Positions 1 through 8,647 of a DNA stretch of 64,000 nucleotides are shown here, in pieces (within the stretch, counting starts at the first letter, position 1; each line of letters begins with the position of its first letter). The stretch is from the NCBI GenBank assembly GCA_964348295.1, contig CAYGBV010000002.1, positions 4,775 to 68,774 of the forward strand. Direction: 5' to 3'. The position numbers were made by a program, and so were the translations under genes. Under the pieces are notes generated by a model. That model had not been told where the DNA came from, searched no databases, and saw only the letters and a list, made by a program, of their open reading frames with translations. Source of the DNA: an uncultured Gemmatimonadaceae bacterium. GTDB lineage: Bacteria; Gemmatimonadota; Gemmatimonadetes; Gemmatimonadales; GWC2-71-9.

Positions 1-2633
1 TTGAACGTGAGCGGATCGGTGTGGGGCAGGTCCATCTCGACCAGGTCGTTGAAGAAGGTGCCCTTCCCCTTGGCGACGGGCATGTAGTTGCCCCAGTGAC
101 CCGCCACGGCCGCGATGGCGAGGTGGTGGGGCTCGATCCCGTCGGTAGTGGCGACCCACCCTCTCACGCGGTGGCCCTTCGGGTTCTCCAGCCAGACGAA
201 GTCGCCGTCACGAATGCCCTTCTCTGCCGCGGTGTCCTTGTGCATCTGAATGGCGTACACGTACGGGTCTTCCTGTGAGCATTCGTCGAGGTAGGGGTTC
301 TGCTGGGTCATCGAGTTGCAGTGCATCACCGCACGCCAGTAGAAGGCGTGCATGTCATACTCGGGTTGCGTCTCGGTGTGTGTCGGACAGGGATACCAGT
401 CCGCCAGGGCCTTGAAGCGCGACCAGTCCAGGTCGAAGAAGTCCTGCCCGCCGAACTCATCCCACAGCTTCGCGATCTGCTCCCCCGAGTCGATGAAGTA
501 CTCGAAGTAGACCGGCACCCTCGAGGGATTGAACCACTTCCAATAGACGTCCTCCTTCTTCTTGGGCCAAGTGAAGACGCCCTTCTTCCTCACGTGCTCG
601 AGTCCGTGCTCCTCGCCGAAGCGATCCTTGAGGAGGCGGTCGCAGACGTCCTCCCAGGAATGCTCGACACTGCCATCCTCCACCAGCTTGTACTTCTCGT
701 CCATCGCACCGCCGTAGCGCACCCCGATCGAGTCGTTCAACCCCTTGTAGTACTGGCCCAGGATGCCAAGGCGCCTACAGATGTCCAGCATCACCTCGTT
801 GAAATCGCGCCGCTCGAACAGGGGCTCCACGACCGGCTGCCTGATCGACCAGCCCCAGTCATCCTCGCCCTGCGGATGCGAGAAGGTCGACGGGAAGCTG
901 ACGGCCGGGGTGTAGCGCTCGAGGAAGCACGTGTCGGGCAGCACGATGTCCGCGACCGCGTCCTCGAACTCCGTGATGTACAGCTGGAACGAGAAGATGA
1001 AGTTGAACTTCTTCAGGAAGTTCTCGGTCACCGCCTCGGCGTTCCCCATGGTCATCACCGAGTTGGAGCCGAAGTTGATCATGACGTCCGGCCTGTACGG
1101 GATCTTGAAGCGCTCCAACATCTCGAGCCATCGGGGGCTCGTGATGGTGAACGCGTTGTAGATCGACGTCGGGAACATGTCGTGCAGGTCCAGCCGGGTC
1201 GGGGGCTTGGGCACCCGCATCGGATAGGGGACGTGATCGTAGACCCAAGTCTTGGCCACCATCAGGCCGTCGGGGCAGGGGTAGGGAATCTGGTACGGTT
1301 TTCCCGTCTTCTCGTAACCGCTGCCCACCGCGGCGCCCAGACCGAAGGCACCCCCGTACGTGTCCGCCGCGCCGACGATGTGGTTGACCATGTCTATCGC
1401 GAGACAGGTCCAGCCCGAGTTGACGTGCCCCTGGCTGCCGCGGAAGAAGTGCGTCGCCACCGGACGCTTGGGGATCCTCTTGGGGCCCTTGCTCGTCTCG
1501 ATTGTCACCGTGGCGCCGATCTCGGCCGCCTCGCCGAACTCCTTGGCGATGCGACTCACCGTGGCCGCCGGCACCCACGTGACCTGTTCCACGTACTCCG
1601 GCGTGTATCGCCTGACGTGCTCCTTCAGCAGGTCGAAGGCCGGGCGGCACTGCACCCCGTCCACCGTGTAGCTGCCCAGGAGCGCCACCTCATGGGCCTC
1701 GTCCTCGTACTCGACCCGAGTCACCGACTCATCGTTGTGGACCCTGGGGCAGTTGTCGACCAGATCCCACACGAGCGGTTTGTTGGTCTCCTCGTCCCGC
1801 ATGTAGCGCCCGTCCGAGGGCCGGATCAGGTACGGGGCGTTCGTCTTGTACATCAGGTACTCGGCGTCGTAGACGCCGTGCTCGTTCAGCAGGGAGTTGA
1901 TCAAGCCCAGCGCCAGCGCGCCGTCCGTCCCAACGCGGATGGGCACCCACTCATGGGCCTTGGAGGCCTGGGCGCTCTGGAACGGATCGAATACGACGTT
2001 CTTGAAGCCGCGAAACCGGGCATCGGCGGCCTGAGTCGCGTTCTGCACGGCTACGTGCCCGGCACCGTGTCCCTTGGAACACCCGAAGTTCAGCGCGTAG
2101 TTGCAGTGCGCGAAGTCGGGGATGATCGACCAGGCGGCGTGCATGATCCCGTTCATGAAGTGCGCGCCGTTGCCGCAGTGCAGCCCGCCGCCCGAGACCC
2201 AGTAGTTGGGCGTTCCGAAGCCCTTCATGAACCCGATCACCCCGAAGCGGATCTCCGAGGCCTGGGACGTGGTCGCCTGGAAGTAGGCACCTCGCGGGTC
2301 CCGCTCGCGGCACTGCTGCAGCTTCTCCACAATGATGTCGAGCGCCTCGTCCCAGGAGATGCGCTGCCACTGCGGGTCGACACCGAGGCCCTTCTCGGGA
2401 TTGGTCCGCTTGAGGGGATAGTTCACCCGATAGGGATCGTACAGCAGATGAGGCAAGGCGATTCCCTTGACGCAGGTCCGACCCCGCCCGCTCGGTGCAT
2501 CCGGGTTCCCCGCGACTTCCGTCACGACGCCGTTCTGCCGGCGAACCTTGATGCCACACATGCAGTAGCACTGTCCACAGCTGGTCGGGATCCAGACATC
2601 CTCCGCGACCGGCTGCCGTGCGGTTACGGCCAT
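1..2633 (-). CDS. Molybdopterin (bis-MGD) oxidoreductase catalytic subunit, DMSO-reductase superfamily; 3' end runs off the window
   Basis: Absent from the supplied ORF track because it is open to the window edge. My translation of the minus strand from ATG 2633..2631 stays open for 877 codons. It begins MAVTARQPVAEDVWIPTSCGQCYCMCGIKVRRQNGVVTEVAGNPDAPSGRGRTCVKG, which is the N-terminal C-x2-C-x3-C...C 4Fe-4S motif of Mo/W-bisPGD enzymes. Later blocks EWVPIRVGTDGALALGLINSLL and FRGSQGHVNSGW fit the family. AGGAG lies 7 nt before the ATG. No twin-arginine signal. Confidence 0.85.
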   Translation of the reverse strand, partial: MAVTARQPVAEDVWIPTSCGQCYCMCGIKVRRQNGVVTEVAGNPDAPSGRGRTCVKGIALPHLLYDPYRVNYPLKRTNPEKGLGVDPQWQRISWDEALDIIVEKLQQCRERDPRGAYFQATTSQASEIRFGVIGFMKGFGTPNYWVSGGGLHCGNGAHFMNGIMHAAWSIIPDFAHCNYALNFGCSKGHGAGHVAVQNATQAADARFRGFKNVVFDPFQSAQASKAHEWVPIRVGTDGALALGLINSLLNEHGVYDAEYLMYKTNAPYLIRPSDGRYMRDEETNKPLVWDLVDNCPRVHNDESVTRVEYEDEAHEVALLGSYTVDGVQCRPAFDLLKEHVRRYTPEYVEQVTWVPAATVSRIAKEFGEAAEIGATVTIETSKGPKRIPKRPVATHFFRGSQGHVNSGWTCLAIDMVNHIVGAADTYGGAFGLGAAVGSGYEKTGKPYQIPYPCPDGLMVAKTWVYDHVPYPMRVPKPPTRLDLHDMFPTSIYNAFTITSPRWLEMLERFKIPYRPDVMINFGSNSVMTMGNAEAVTENFLKKFNFIFSFQLYITEFEDAVADIVLPDTCFLERYTPAVSFPSTFSHPQGEDDWGWSIRQPVVEPLFERRDFNEVMLDICRRLGILGQYYKGLNDSIGVRYGGAMDEKYKLVEDGSVEHSWEDVCDRLLKDRFGEEHGLEHVRKKGVFTWPKKKEDVYWKWFNPSRVPVYFEYFIDSGEQIAKLWDEFGGQDFFDLDWSRFKALADWYPCPTHTETQPEYDMHAFYWRAVMHCNSMTQQNPYLDECSQEDPYVYAIQMHKDTAAEKGIRDGDFVWLENPKGHRVRGWVATTDGIEPHHLAIAAVAGHWGNYMPVAKGKGTFFNDLVEMDLPHTDPLTF

Positions 2634-2810
2634 GGGTCAGCTCCTGGAATGTTCGGGAGGCTAGGCGACACCTCCCAGGAAGGTGTACCTGTGGACGCAT
2701 TAAGACCCCGTGAAGCCAGACTGAACCGTATGGGCCAGTTGGCGCCCACTCCACCCTGCCTACCACAACCCGCTGCGGCCTGGCGAAACCCGCCGGCTAC
2801 AGCCGTAAGT

Positions 2811-2844
2811 GAAAACCCCACAGTCACTTAAGGCGACTGTGGGG
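2811..2844 (-). terminator. Rho-independent terminator after the DUF5916-type OMP gene
   Basis: Perfect 10-bp stem CCCCACAGTC (2816-2825) / GACTGTGGGG (2835-2844) with a 9-nt loop. On the minus strand it is followed by TTTTC (2815-2811). Confidence 0.7.
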
Positions 2845-2929
2845 CCTGAGGATCCAGCCGAGCCCTGACTATTACAGTCTCTGCTTCTCCTCAGCGACGT
2901 GTTCAGTCATTCGCTTCTGCCGCACCTCC

Positions 2930-5164
2930 TCACCACACGAACGTATGCGTGTACTTGAGTACAACCGCTCTGCTGTCCGTACGAGGTAGGACTGGATCGG
3001 CGCGGTCCCGATTGAGGTTGAGCCCCTCATTGTAGACAAACCACAGGTCGTGGCCCTCGCCGAAGTTGTAGCGCACGCGAACGTTCGCCGCTGCGGCATC
3101 TGCCACGTTGCTGAACTGCAGGAAGGCGTTCACTGACAGCTTCGTATCGAGTGCCGAGTTGACCCTGAGGCGCACCAGGTGGGAGTCGAAGCGCTGGTCC
3201 CGGTCCGGGAAGCGAACGAAATCGGCCTGGTACACGGTGCTCAGCTCGAGGTGTCGGGACACGTTCCAGCGAGGGACAAACCACAGGTTCGCCCGCCAGC
3301 CGTCGTAGAACCCGCTCACACCCCCACCGATGGAGACTCGCAGGAGCTCGCCCGGGGGCATGCTGTAGTCGAACTCGAAACGGGGGAACCAATAGCTGCC
3401 GGGTGGAACGACGGTCTCGCGTGGGAAGTAAAGTTCCTCGCGCACGTCCTCGTAGTACAGCTCCAGATCCAGCCCGATCCGCGATCCACTGCGCCACAGA
3501 AGATCCACATCGTGCTCGATGAATGCCGACTCGACGGTGCGGTCCCGGTTGCGCAGGGCGACGGAGCCGAAGAGCTGGAAGGGGTCGATCCGGCGGAAGG
3601 GACCACCCTCGGGGTAGTGGAAGTACGCCAGAGAGTAGTGGAAGTCGCTGAAGTCCTGCCGGGTTTCGAATCCCATCTCGGGCTGGTAGTCGGCACCGAA
3701 TCGTCGAGCGCTGAAGAAGTAGGAGAACCCACGGTCCCGGACCCGGTTGAGATAGACCCGTATCGCCGATGCCTCGCCGAACCGGAAGCCGTGATCCGCG
3801 ATGACGCCGTCGTCGATGGTTTGGGCCCAGCGCAGCCCCAGGTAATCATCGCCGGCAATCCGAATCGTGCCGTCGAGCCCATATCCCACATTGTACGAGC
3901 CGTCCGCGCCCAGCCTGGTCGTGAGCATCGCCCCTGCGTTGGAATACTGGTTGAACACCCGCCTTCGAATCCGCAGGACCCCGAAGTTCTCCGCGGGCAA
4001 CGACGAGCTCTCCGCCGTCTGCATGTCGAGCAAGCCGAGATCCCACTCCCCTACTCGTCCGACCAATCTCGCGCCCGCCAGAATCCGGACCACTTCATCT
4101 TCGTGTAGTCCAATACGCCGGCTATAGAACAGCCGCGTCGGGCCGCCCGTGTAGAAGTCGAACACGCCGGATCGCTCCTGGAAGAAGCGACGCTTCTCTG
4201 GATAGTACAGAGAGAAGCGCGTGAGGTTGACCTGGTAGTCGTCCGCCTCCACCTGGGCGAAATCCGTATTCACGGTGAGGTCGAGCGTCAGGTTGCTGGT
4301 CAGGCTGTACCGCAGATCGCCGCCCGCCTCCACCTTGGTCTCATCCTGCAGGAAGTAGTGATCTTCGGTGTCGGCCAACTCGGAGGTCTGCCCAAGACCA
4401 CTCAACACATACGGCGTGAGGTAGACGGGCTTGTGGGTACTCACCCCGAGAAGAACCGCGTCCTGGGCGAGCGATGGCCTGCGGTATTCGAAGTCCGGAG
4501 GTATGGCCGGATATAGTTGTGACTCGTTCTTGCGAGCTATGTAGCGGCACACGGTGACGGCCATCTCCACGCGACCGTCGATGTCCTGGAAGCCGAGACT
4601 CGAGAACGGAATGCGCATTTCGGCAAACCATCCCTCGGACGTCTGCACGGTAGCTACGTCCCAGTGCGCATCCCAGTCGTCATTCCAGCGTCCCTGCCCA
4701 TCCCCACCAATCGACACGTCCCCCCGGATCCCGGCCGGCGTCGTCCAGAACCAGAGGCCTATGTCATTGTCGTTGAACGGATCCACGACGACGTCGAAAC
4801 GGTCGTCGCCGCTCCAACGGTCGCGGTACATCGAATTGACCCGGATGCCGGTCGGATCGGAGTCGAAGAAGCGACCGGATACGTAGAGGTGCTCGTCGTC
4901 GTAGGCGACCCGGATCTCCGTCCGCTCGGTGAGCTCCCCTTCGAACGTCGGGATGTGCATCGTGAGCGGGAGCGGTTGGATCACCTGCCAGGCAGGCTCG
5001 TCACTCAGGCCGTCCAGCTCTATTGCGCCGCTAAGCCGTGACAGCTCCATCGCCGTGTCGCTGTTGCCGGATCCGGCGCGCTCTGGTGTCTGCGCCCTCA
5101 GCCCTGGCACCCCCGACAGCAGCAGGACGGCAGCAGCAACCCGCAAGCTCCATGGACTATTCAT
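2930..5164 (-). CDS. Outer-membrane beta-barrel protein with N-terminal CBM9-like domain (DUF5916-type)
   Basis: 744-aa ORF with signal peptide MNSPWSLRVAAAVLLLSGVPGLRAQ. N-domain blocks IELDGLSDEPAWQ, EIRVAYDDEHLYVSGRFFD and WDAHWDVATVQTSEGWFAEMRIPFSSLGF match my memory of CBM9/DUF5916 proteins. It shows an alternating beta-strand pattern and ends in an aromatic residue (...KYTHTFVW). Confidence 0.75.
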   Translation of the reverse strand: MNSPWSLRVAAAVLLLSGVPGLRAQTPERAGSGNSDTAMELSRLSGAIELDGLSDEPAWQVIQPLPLTMHIPTFEGELTERTEIRVAYDDEHLYVSGRFFDSDPTGIRVNSMYRDRWSGDDRFDVVVDPFNDNDIGLWFWTTPAGIRGDVSIGGDGQGRWNDDWDAHWDVATVQTSEGWFAEMRIPFSSLGFQDIDGRVEMAVTVCRYIARKNESQLYPAIPPDFEYRRPSLAQDAVLLGVSTHKPVYLTPYVLSGLGQTSELADTEDHYFLQDETKVEAGGDLRYSLTSNLTLDLTVNTDFAQVEADDYQVNLTRFSLYYPEKRRFFQERSGVFDFYTGGPTRLFYSRRIGLHEDEVVRILAGARLVGRVGEWDLGLLDMQTAESSSLPAENFGVLRIRRRVFNQYSNAGAMLTTRLGADGSYNVGYGLDGTIRIAGDDYLGLRWAQTIDDGVIADHGFRFGEASAIRVYLNRVRDRGFSYFFSARRFGADYQPEMGFETRQDFSDFHYSLAYFHYPEGGPFRRIDPFQLFGSVALRNRDRTVESAFIEHDVDLLWRSGSRIGLDLELYYEDVREELYFPRETVVPPGSYWFPRFEFDYSMPPGELLRVSIGGGVSGFYDGWRANLWFVPRWNVSRHLELSTVYQADFVRFPDRDQRFDSHLVRLRVNSALDTKLSVNAFLQFSNVADAAAANVRVRYNFGEGHDLWFVYNEGLNLNRDRADPVLPRTDSRAVVLKYTHTFVW

Positions 5165-5265
5165 CGGTCCTCCGTATCAGCAGACCGCCGGTGAGCCGAC
5201 CCGCCGATCGGCCCCGGACGCAGGAGCGCGCAGGGCAGCCCCTTCACCCACCGACGTCCTGCGCT

Positions 5266-6126
5266 CTAGCTCGTCCCGCCGCCTCCAGAACCGCGACCGT
5301 CGCAACACTCGCCTTCGCCATTGTGATCGCGATGACGGTACCGGGATGGGTTTATCTCGTCGAGCGCCCAGATCGCGATGGCCCGCACCGAAGGCTCGGG
5401 ATCGCGCAGCGCGTCCAACAGAGGATTGACCGCCCACTCCTCGCCTTGCTTACCCAGCCACGCCGCCGCCGAGCGTCGCATCCCGGGATCAGAGTCGCGC
5501 AACGCCGCGATCAACCCCGACGAGTCTCCAGCGAGTCCCCGCGCCTCACACGTACCCAGATGCCCGCTGAAGACCTCGTCGTTCTCCCAAGGACGTCGTC
5601 CCCAGTCGGCGAACAGCGCTGCCCGCCGCGCGGAAGCCTGACTCCCGCCGATTTCCCCCAGCGCCCAGATCACGGGCTCCAGCAGCTCCGGACGTCCCTC
5701 GAGTGCGTCGCTCAACGAAGACACAGCAGCCGGGTGCTCTATCTCCCCCAGCGACAACACAGCCATCTCACGCACGAGCGGGTCGGTGTCCTGGAGCCGC
5801 TCGATCAACGGCTGGACGGCCATGTAGTCCTTGATCTCGCCCAATCCCCACGCCGCGGCTTGGCGCACTTCGCTGGAGCGGTCCTCCAAACGCTCGATGA
5901 GCGGCCGGACGCCTCTCGTGTCCTCGAGCTCGCCTAGCGCCCACGCCGCATACCGCCGCACCAGGGGATCGTCATCCTGCAGCTCGCCGACGCGTTGCGC
6001 GACAGCATCGCCACGCTGCATGCGTACCTTGATCTCGGGTACCCCCAGCATGGCAGCCGCGGCAACTGCTGCGGCAAGGATGCCTAGGATCGGTGCAACT
6101 GAAAAATCCTTTTCATATTGGGTCAC
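5266..6126 (-). CDS. Membrane-anchored HEAT-repeat protein (PBS-lyase HEAT-like repeats)
   Basis: 286-aa ORF with GTG start at 6126 and AAGGAG 7 nt upstream. N-terminal TM segment FSVAPILGILAAAVAAAAMLGV. Repeated units of the type DPLVRRYAAWALGELEDTRGVRPLIERLED and EVRQAAAWGLGEIKD. Paralogous to the C-terminal part of the upstream M56 protein. Confidence 0.8.
   Translation of the reverse strand: MTQYEKDFSVAPILGILAAAVAAAAMLGVPEIKVRMQRGDAVAQRVGELQDDDPLVRRYAAWALGELEDTRGVRPLIERLEDRSSEVRQAAAWGLGEIKDYMAVQPLIERLQDTDPLVREMAVLSLGEIEHPAAVSSLSDALEGRPELLEPVIWALGEIGGSQASARRAALFADWGRRPWENDEVFSGHLGTCEARGLAGDSSGLIAALRDSDPGMRRSAAAWLGKQGEEWAVNPLLDALRDPEPSVRAIAIWALDEINPSRYRHRDHNGEGECCDGRGSGGGGTS
5341..6000 (-). 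repeat. Copy A of a diverged tandem duplication (HEAT-module coding DNA)
   Basis: Residues 43-262 of the 286-aa protein align collinearly with residues 489-707 of the 6234..8387 ORF. Identity is roughly 70 percent at the amino-acid level by eye. Long identical nucleotide runs are visible, for example gagcgtcgcatcccgggatca and ctcgatcaacggctgga. Confidence 0.8.
6100..6115. promoter_or_regulatory. AT-rich dyad TGAAAA-ATCC-TTTTCA, candidate operator (site 2)
   Basis: 6-bp inverted arms with a 4-nt spacer, lying at codons 4-9 of the HEAT gene. It shares the 11-mer AAAAATCCTTT with the site upstream of the BlaI-like gene (8648..8663). Both sites stand out as AT-rich in a GC-rich background. Confidence 0.25.
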
Positions 6127-6233
6127 AGAAATCTCCTTCGCCGTCGTGATCCGTGTCCTCTACGTGGTGATAAGCGGTCGGCGAGCCGCAGGACCGGTGC
6201 GGCACACCCTGGCAACCGACGCTTCCCGGCTAC

Positions 6234-8231
6234 CTACCTGGGTCTCGGGCCCTGCCCCCTCCAATGCCGCGACGGGTTGATCTCGTCCAGCGCCCATATC
6301 GCCAGCGCGCGCACAGAAGGCTCCCGGTCGCGCAGCGCGTCCAGCAGCGGATCGACCGCGCGCTCATCGCCTCGCAGCCCCAGCCACTCTGCCGCGGAGC
6401 GTCGCATCCCGGGATCATCGTCGCGCAATGCTGCAATCAACGCCGACAGGTCGCCCGCCCGCCGTCGTGCCTCGTCGGTGCCCAGACGACCGGTGAAGAC
6501 GTTCCTGCTCGGCTGCCGTAGTCCCCACCTGTCCATCAAGGCACGTTGTACTTCGCGAGCCCTTGCTCCACCGATCTCCCCCAACGCCCAGAGTCCGGGT
6601 TCAACCAGCTCGTCGTGCCGCTGCAGCACCTCTGCCAGCGGCGACACCGCGGATGGATGCTCGATCTCCCCGAGCGACAGTACAGCCATCTCCCGCACCA
6701 GTGGGTCCTCATCCCCGAGCAGCTCGATCAACGGCTGGATGGCCATGTGATCCTTGATCTCGCCCAACGCCCACGCAGCGGCCTGCCGTACCTCGGCGTT
6801 GGGGTCCTCCAAACGTTCGATGAGCGGCCGCACGCCCCGACTGCTCTCGAGCTCTCCCAATGCCCAGGCCGCGTGGCGCCGCACTAGCGGGTCGCTGTCC
6901 TGCAGCTCGCGGACGCGCCGCGCCACGGGGTCGCTCTCCTGCTCCCCGCCGCGTACGTCAGCAGCGTCCCGAGCGCGCGTCGCACGGCTCAGCTGAGCGG
7001 GCTCGCTCTCCTGCACCGGAGCACGCGCCTCGCTGGATTCAACGCCGCTGCGCGGCGCGTCCCGCGTCTCGACTGGCACACTGTCCTGCACCACACCCGG
7101 CTTCTCAGCGGCGTCGCCCTCCCGCAACTCCCCCCACATCTCCATGCTCGCCAGCGGGAACGCGAGCATCACTGCGCCCAGCGATGTGGACAGCAGCCGG
7201 CGCTGAGTCAGTGGTGCCCGGTCCATCCCCTTGGCAAGGATGCTGCGAATGCGCCTCCCCAGGCTCGAAGGTTGCGCCATAGCGAACGCGCCTCGTGGCG
7301 CAGTGCCCACGACCTGCGCACGGGCGATCTCATACAGATGCGTCGCGTAGACATCCGAGCGGATACCCCCATGCAACGCCTGGTCATCGCAGGCACGCTC
7401 ACGCTCCACCGCGCCGAGTCGAGCGGCGAGCCACACGAGCGGATTGAGCCAGTAGACCGCGCATGCGACCTCGACAACGAGAAGGACGGGGTAGTCCCAC
7501 CGCCTGATGTGCGCCAGCTCGTGGGTAAGCACGACTCTCATCCGCTCCGTAGACCACTCCCCCGCGTCACACGGGACAATGATGACCGGCATCAACGCAC
7601 CCCAGGACAGCGGCACCGCCACCTCGTCACTCACGACGATCCTGATCCGTCGTCTGATACCCATGGCGTTCGTGAATTTGTCTTTCAGCTCCTGCACGTG
7701 GGGCCAGCGGCATTCGGTCGCCCGTCGTGTCAGACGCTCGACCCGATACGTGTCGAGACCGAGGCGGGCAAGCAGGCCGATGACCCCAAGCGACCAGGCC
7801 AAGAGGAGGATGCCCGCAGCCGTCGGAGCCCCAGACGCCCCTCCCTCGGGCACATCTTGCGTGGCGGGCCCCGTAGCTGCCGACGACGGGTCCCGCGGAG
7901 CGACGGCAATCGACGTCGCAGACGGCTGTGTAGCACCGGCCCGCGCACCAGCATAGGCGGGGCCGCCGTCCCAAGTCGTGATCGGGCCTGGAGCCACGGA
8001 TACGTATACAGGCTCTGCGCTCCAGCCAGGAAGCGCTTGCGAAAGGAGCGGCAGAACGAGCAGGCTGCCGAGCGCCAGACTCCATACGGCGTGCCGCACT
8101 GCAGCAGAGCGCCCCCGCAGAGCCCAATTCACCAGTCCAGCTACGGCCAGCACGATCGTGGCCTTGAGCAGGACGTCGATACCGAGATTGATGGCTAATG
8201 CCGTGTACGGACTCGCGAGCGCCTCACTCAT
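6234..8231 (-). CDS. M56 family peptidase / BlaR1-MecR1-like signal transducer with C-terminal HEAT-repeat domain
   Basis: Zinc-metalloprotease motif HELAHIRRWDY sits in a multi-TM N-terminal half. A further TM (LLSTSLGAVMLAFPLASM) is followed by an acidic linker and about 220 aa of HEAT repeats. I place the start at ATG 8231 (MSEALASPYTALAINLG), which overlaps the BlaI stop by 8 nt (ATGAGTGA). The 52 upstream codons of the ORF-track call are R/G/S-rich and overlap blaI. Confidence 0.85.
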   Translation of the reverse strand: MSEALASPYTALAINLGIDVLLKATIVLAVAGLVNWALRGRSAAVRHAVWSLALGSLLVLPLLSQALPGWSAEPVYVSVAPGPITTWDGGPAYAGARAGATQPSATSIAVAPRDPSSAATGPATQDVPEGGASGAPTAAGILLLAWSLGVIGLLARLGLDTYRVERLTRRATECRWPHVQELKDKFTNAMGIRRRIRIVVSDEVAVPLSWGALMPVIIVPCDAGEWSTERMRVVLTHELAHIRRWDYPVLLVVEVACAVYWLNPLVWLAARLGAVERERACDDQALHGGIRSDVYATHLYEIARAQVVGTAPRGAFAMAQPSSLGRRIRSILAKGMDRAPLTQRRLLSTSLGAVMLAFPLASMEMWGELREGDAAEKPGVVQDSVPVETRDAPRSGVESSEARAPVQESEPAQLSRATRARDAADVRGGEQESDPVARRVRELQDSDPLVRRHAAWALGELESSRGVRPLIERLEDPNAEVRQAAAWALGEIKDHMAIQPLIELLGDEDPLVREMAVLSLGEIEHPSAVSPLAEVLQRHDELVEPGLWALGEIGGARAREVQRALMDRWGLRQPSRNVFTGRLGTDEARRRAGDLSALIAALRDDDPGMRRSAAEWLGLRGDERAVDPLLDALRDREPSVRALAIWALDEINPSRHWRGQGPRPR
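6267..6923 (-). repeat. Copy B of the diverged tandem duplication (HEAT-module coding DNA)
   Basis: See copy A (5341..6000). Same order and orientation, with one single-residue gap in the alignment. Confidence 0.8.
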
Positions 8232-8601
8232 GGGACTTCCTCTCTTCCTCAATCCACTCGGCAATCTCATCGAGCTCTTCCCGAGACAGCCGCGACACTC
8301 CCAGCAGGGCGAGAATCGCCCGCGATGGCGACCCGTGGAAGAAGGTCCTGATGAGGCTCCGGACAGCCGATCGCGAGGCCGTCGCATGCGGGACCACCGG
8401 ACGGTAGATATGCCGGCGGCCCTCCTGACGGCTGCTCACGTGCCCCTTCTTTTTCAGAATCCCCAGCGTCACCCGCACCGAATCGTAGCCGGGATCGTGC
8501 TCCATCCTGCTGGCTACCTCTGCCGCGCCACCCTCTCCGAGCCGGTAGAGGATGTCCATGATCTCTCGTTCCCGGCGACTCAGTTCTGTTGGTTTCGTCA
8601 T
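8224..8601 (-). CDS. BlaI/MecI/CopY family transcriptional repressor
   Basis: Winged-helix N-terminus MTKPTELSRREREIMDILYRLGEGGAAEVASRM...YDSVRVTLGILKKKGHVSSRQEGRRHIY. Typical length and a helical C-terminal dimerisation part. ATG at 8601; the ORF-track start at 8640 is a TTG. Confidence 0.85.
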   Translation of the reverse strand: MTKPTELSRREREIMDILYRLGEGGAAEVASRMEHDPGYDSVRVTLGILKKKGHVSSRQEGRRHIYRPVVPHATASRSAVRSLIRTFFHGSPSRAILALLGVSRLSREELDEIAEWIEEERKSHE

Positions 8602-8647
8602 GGAACCCTTGCAGTGAGGGACGTTGTGGCCGTTAGACAACCAGTAA

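Noticed and set aside
2634-2810. Moco riboswitch call for the molybdoenzyme leader
   Set aside because: Only a vague resemblance (CCUCCCGAAC ... AGGAG near the SD). I cannot reproduce the consensus from memory, so I keep it as an open question in the findings and not as a feature.
321-2831. 836-aa plus-strand ORF, the longest in this region of the track
   Set aside because: Its composition is R/G/P/H/V/L-dominated and it has no motifs. It lies exactly antisense to the motif-rich molybdopterin oxidoreductase frame. It is a typical shadow ORF of GC-rich DNA.
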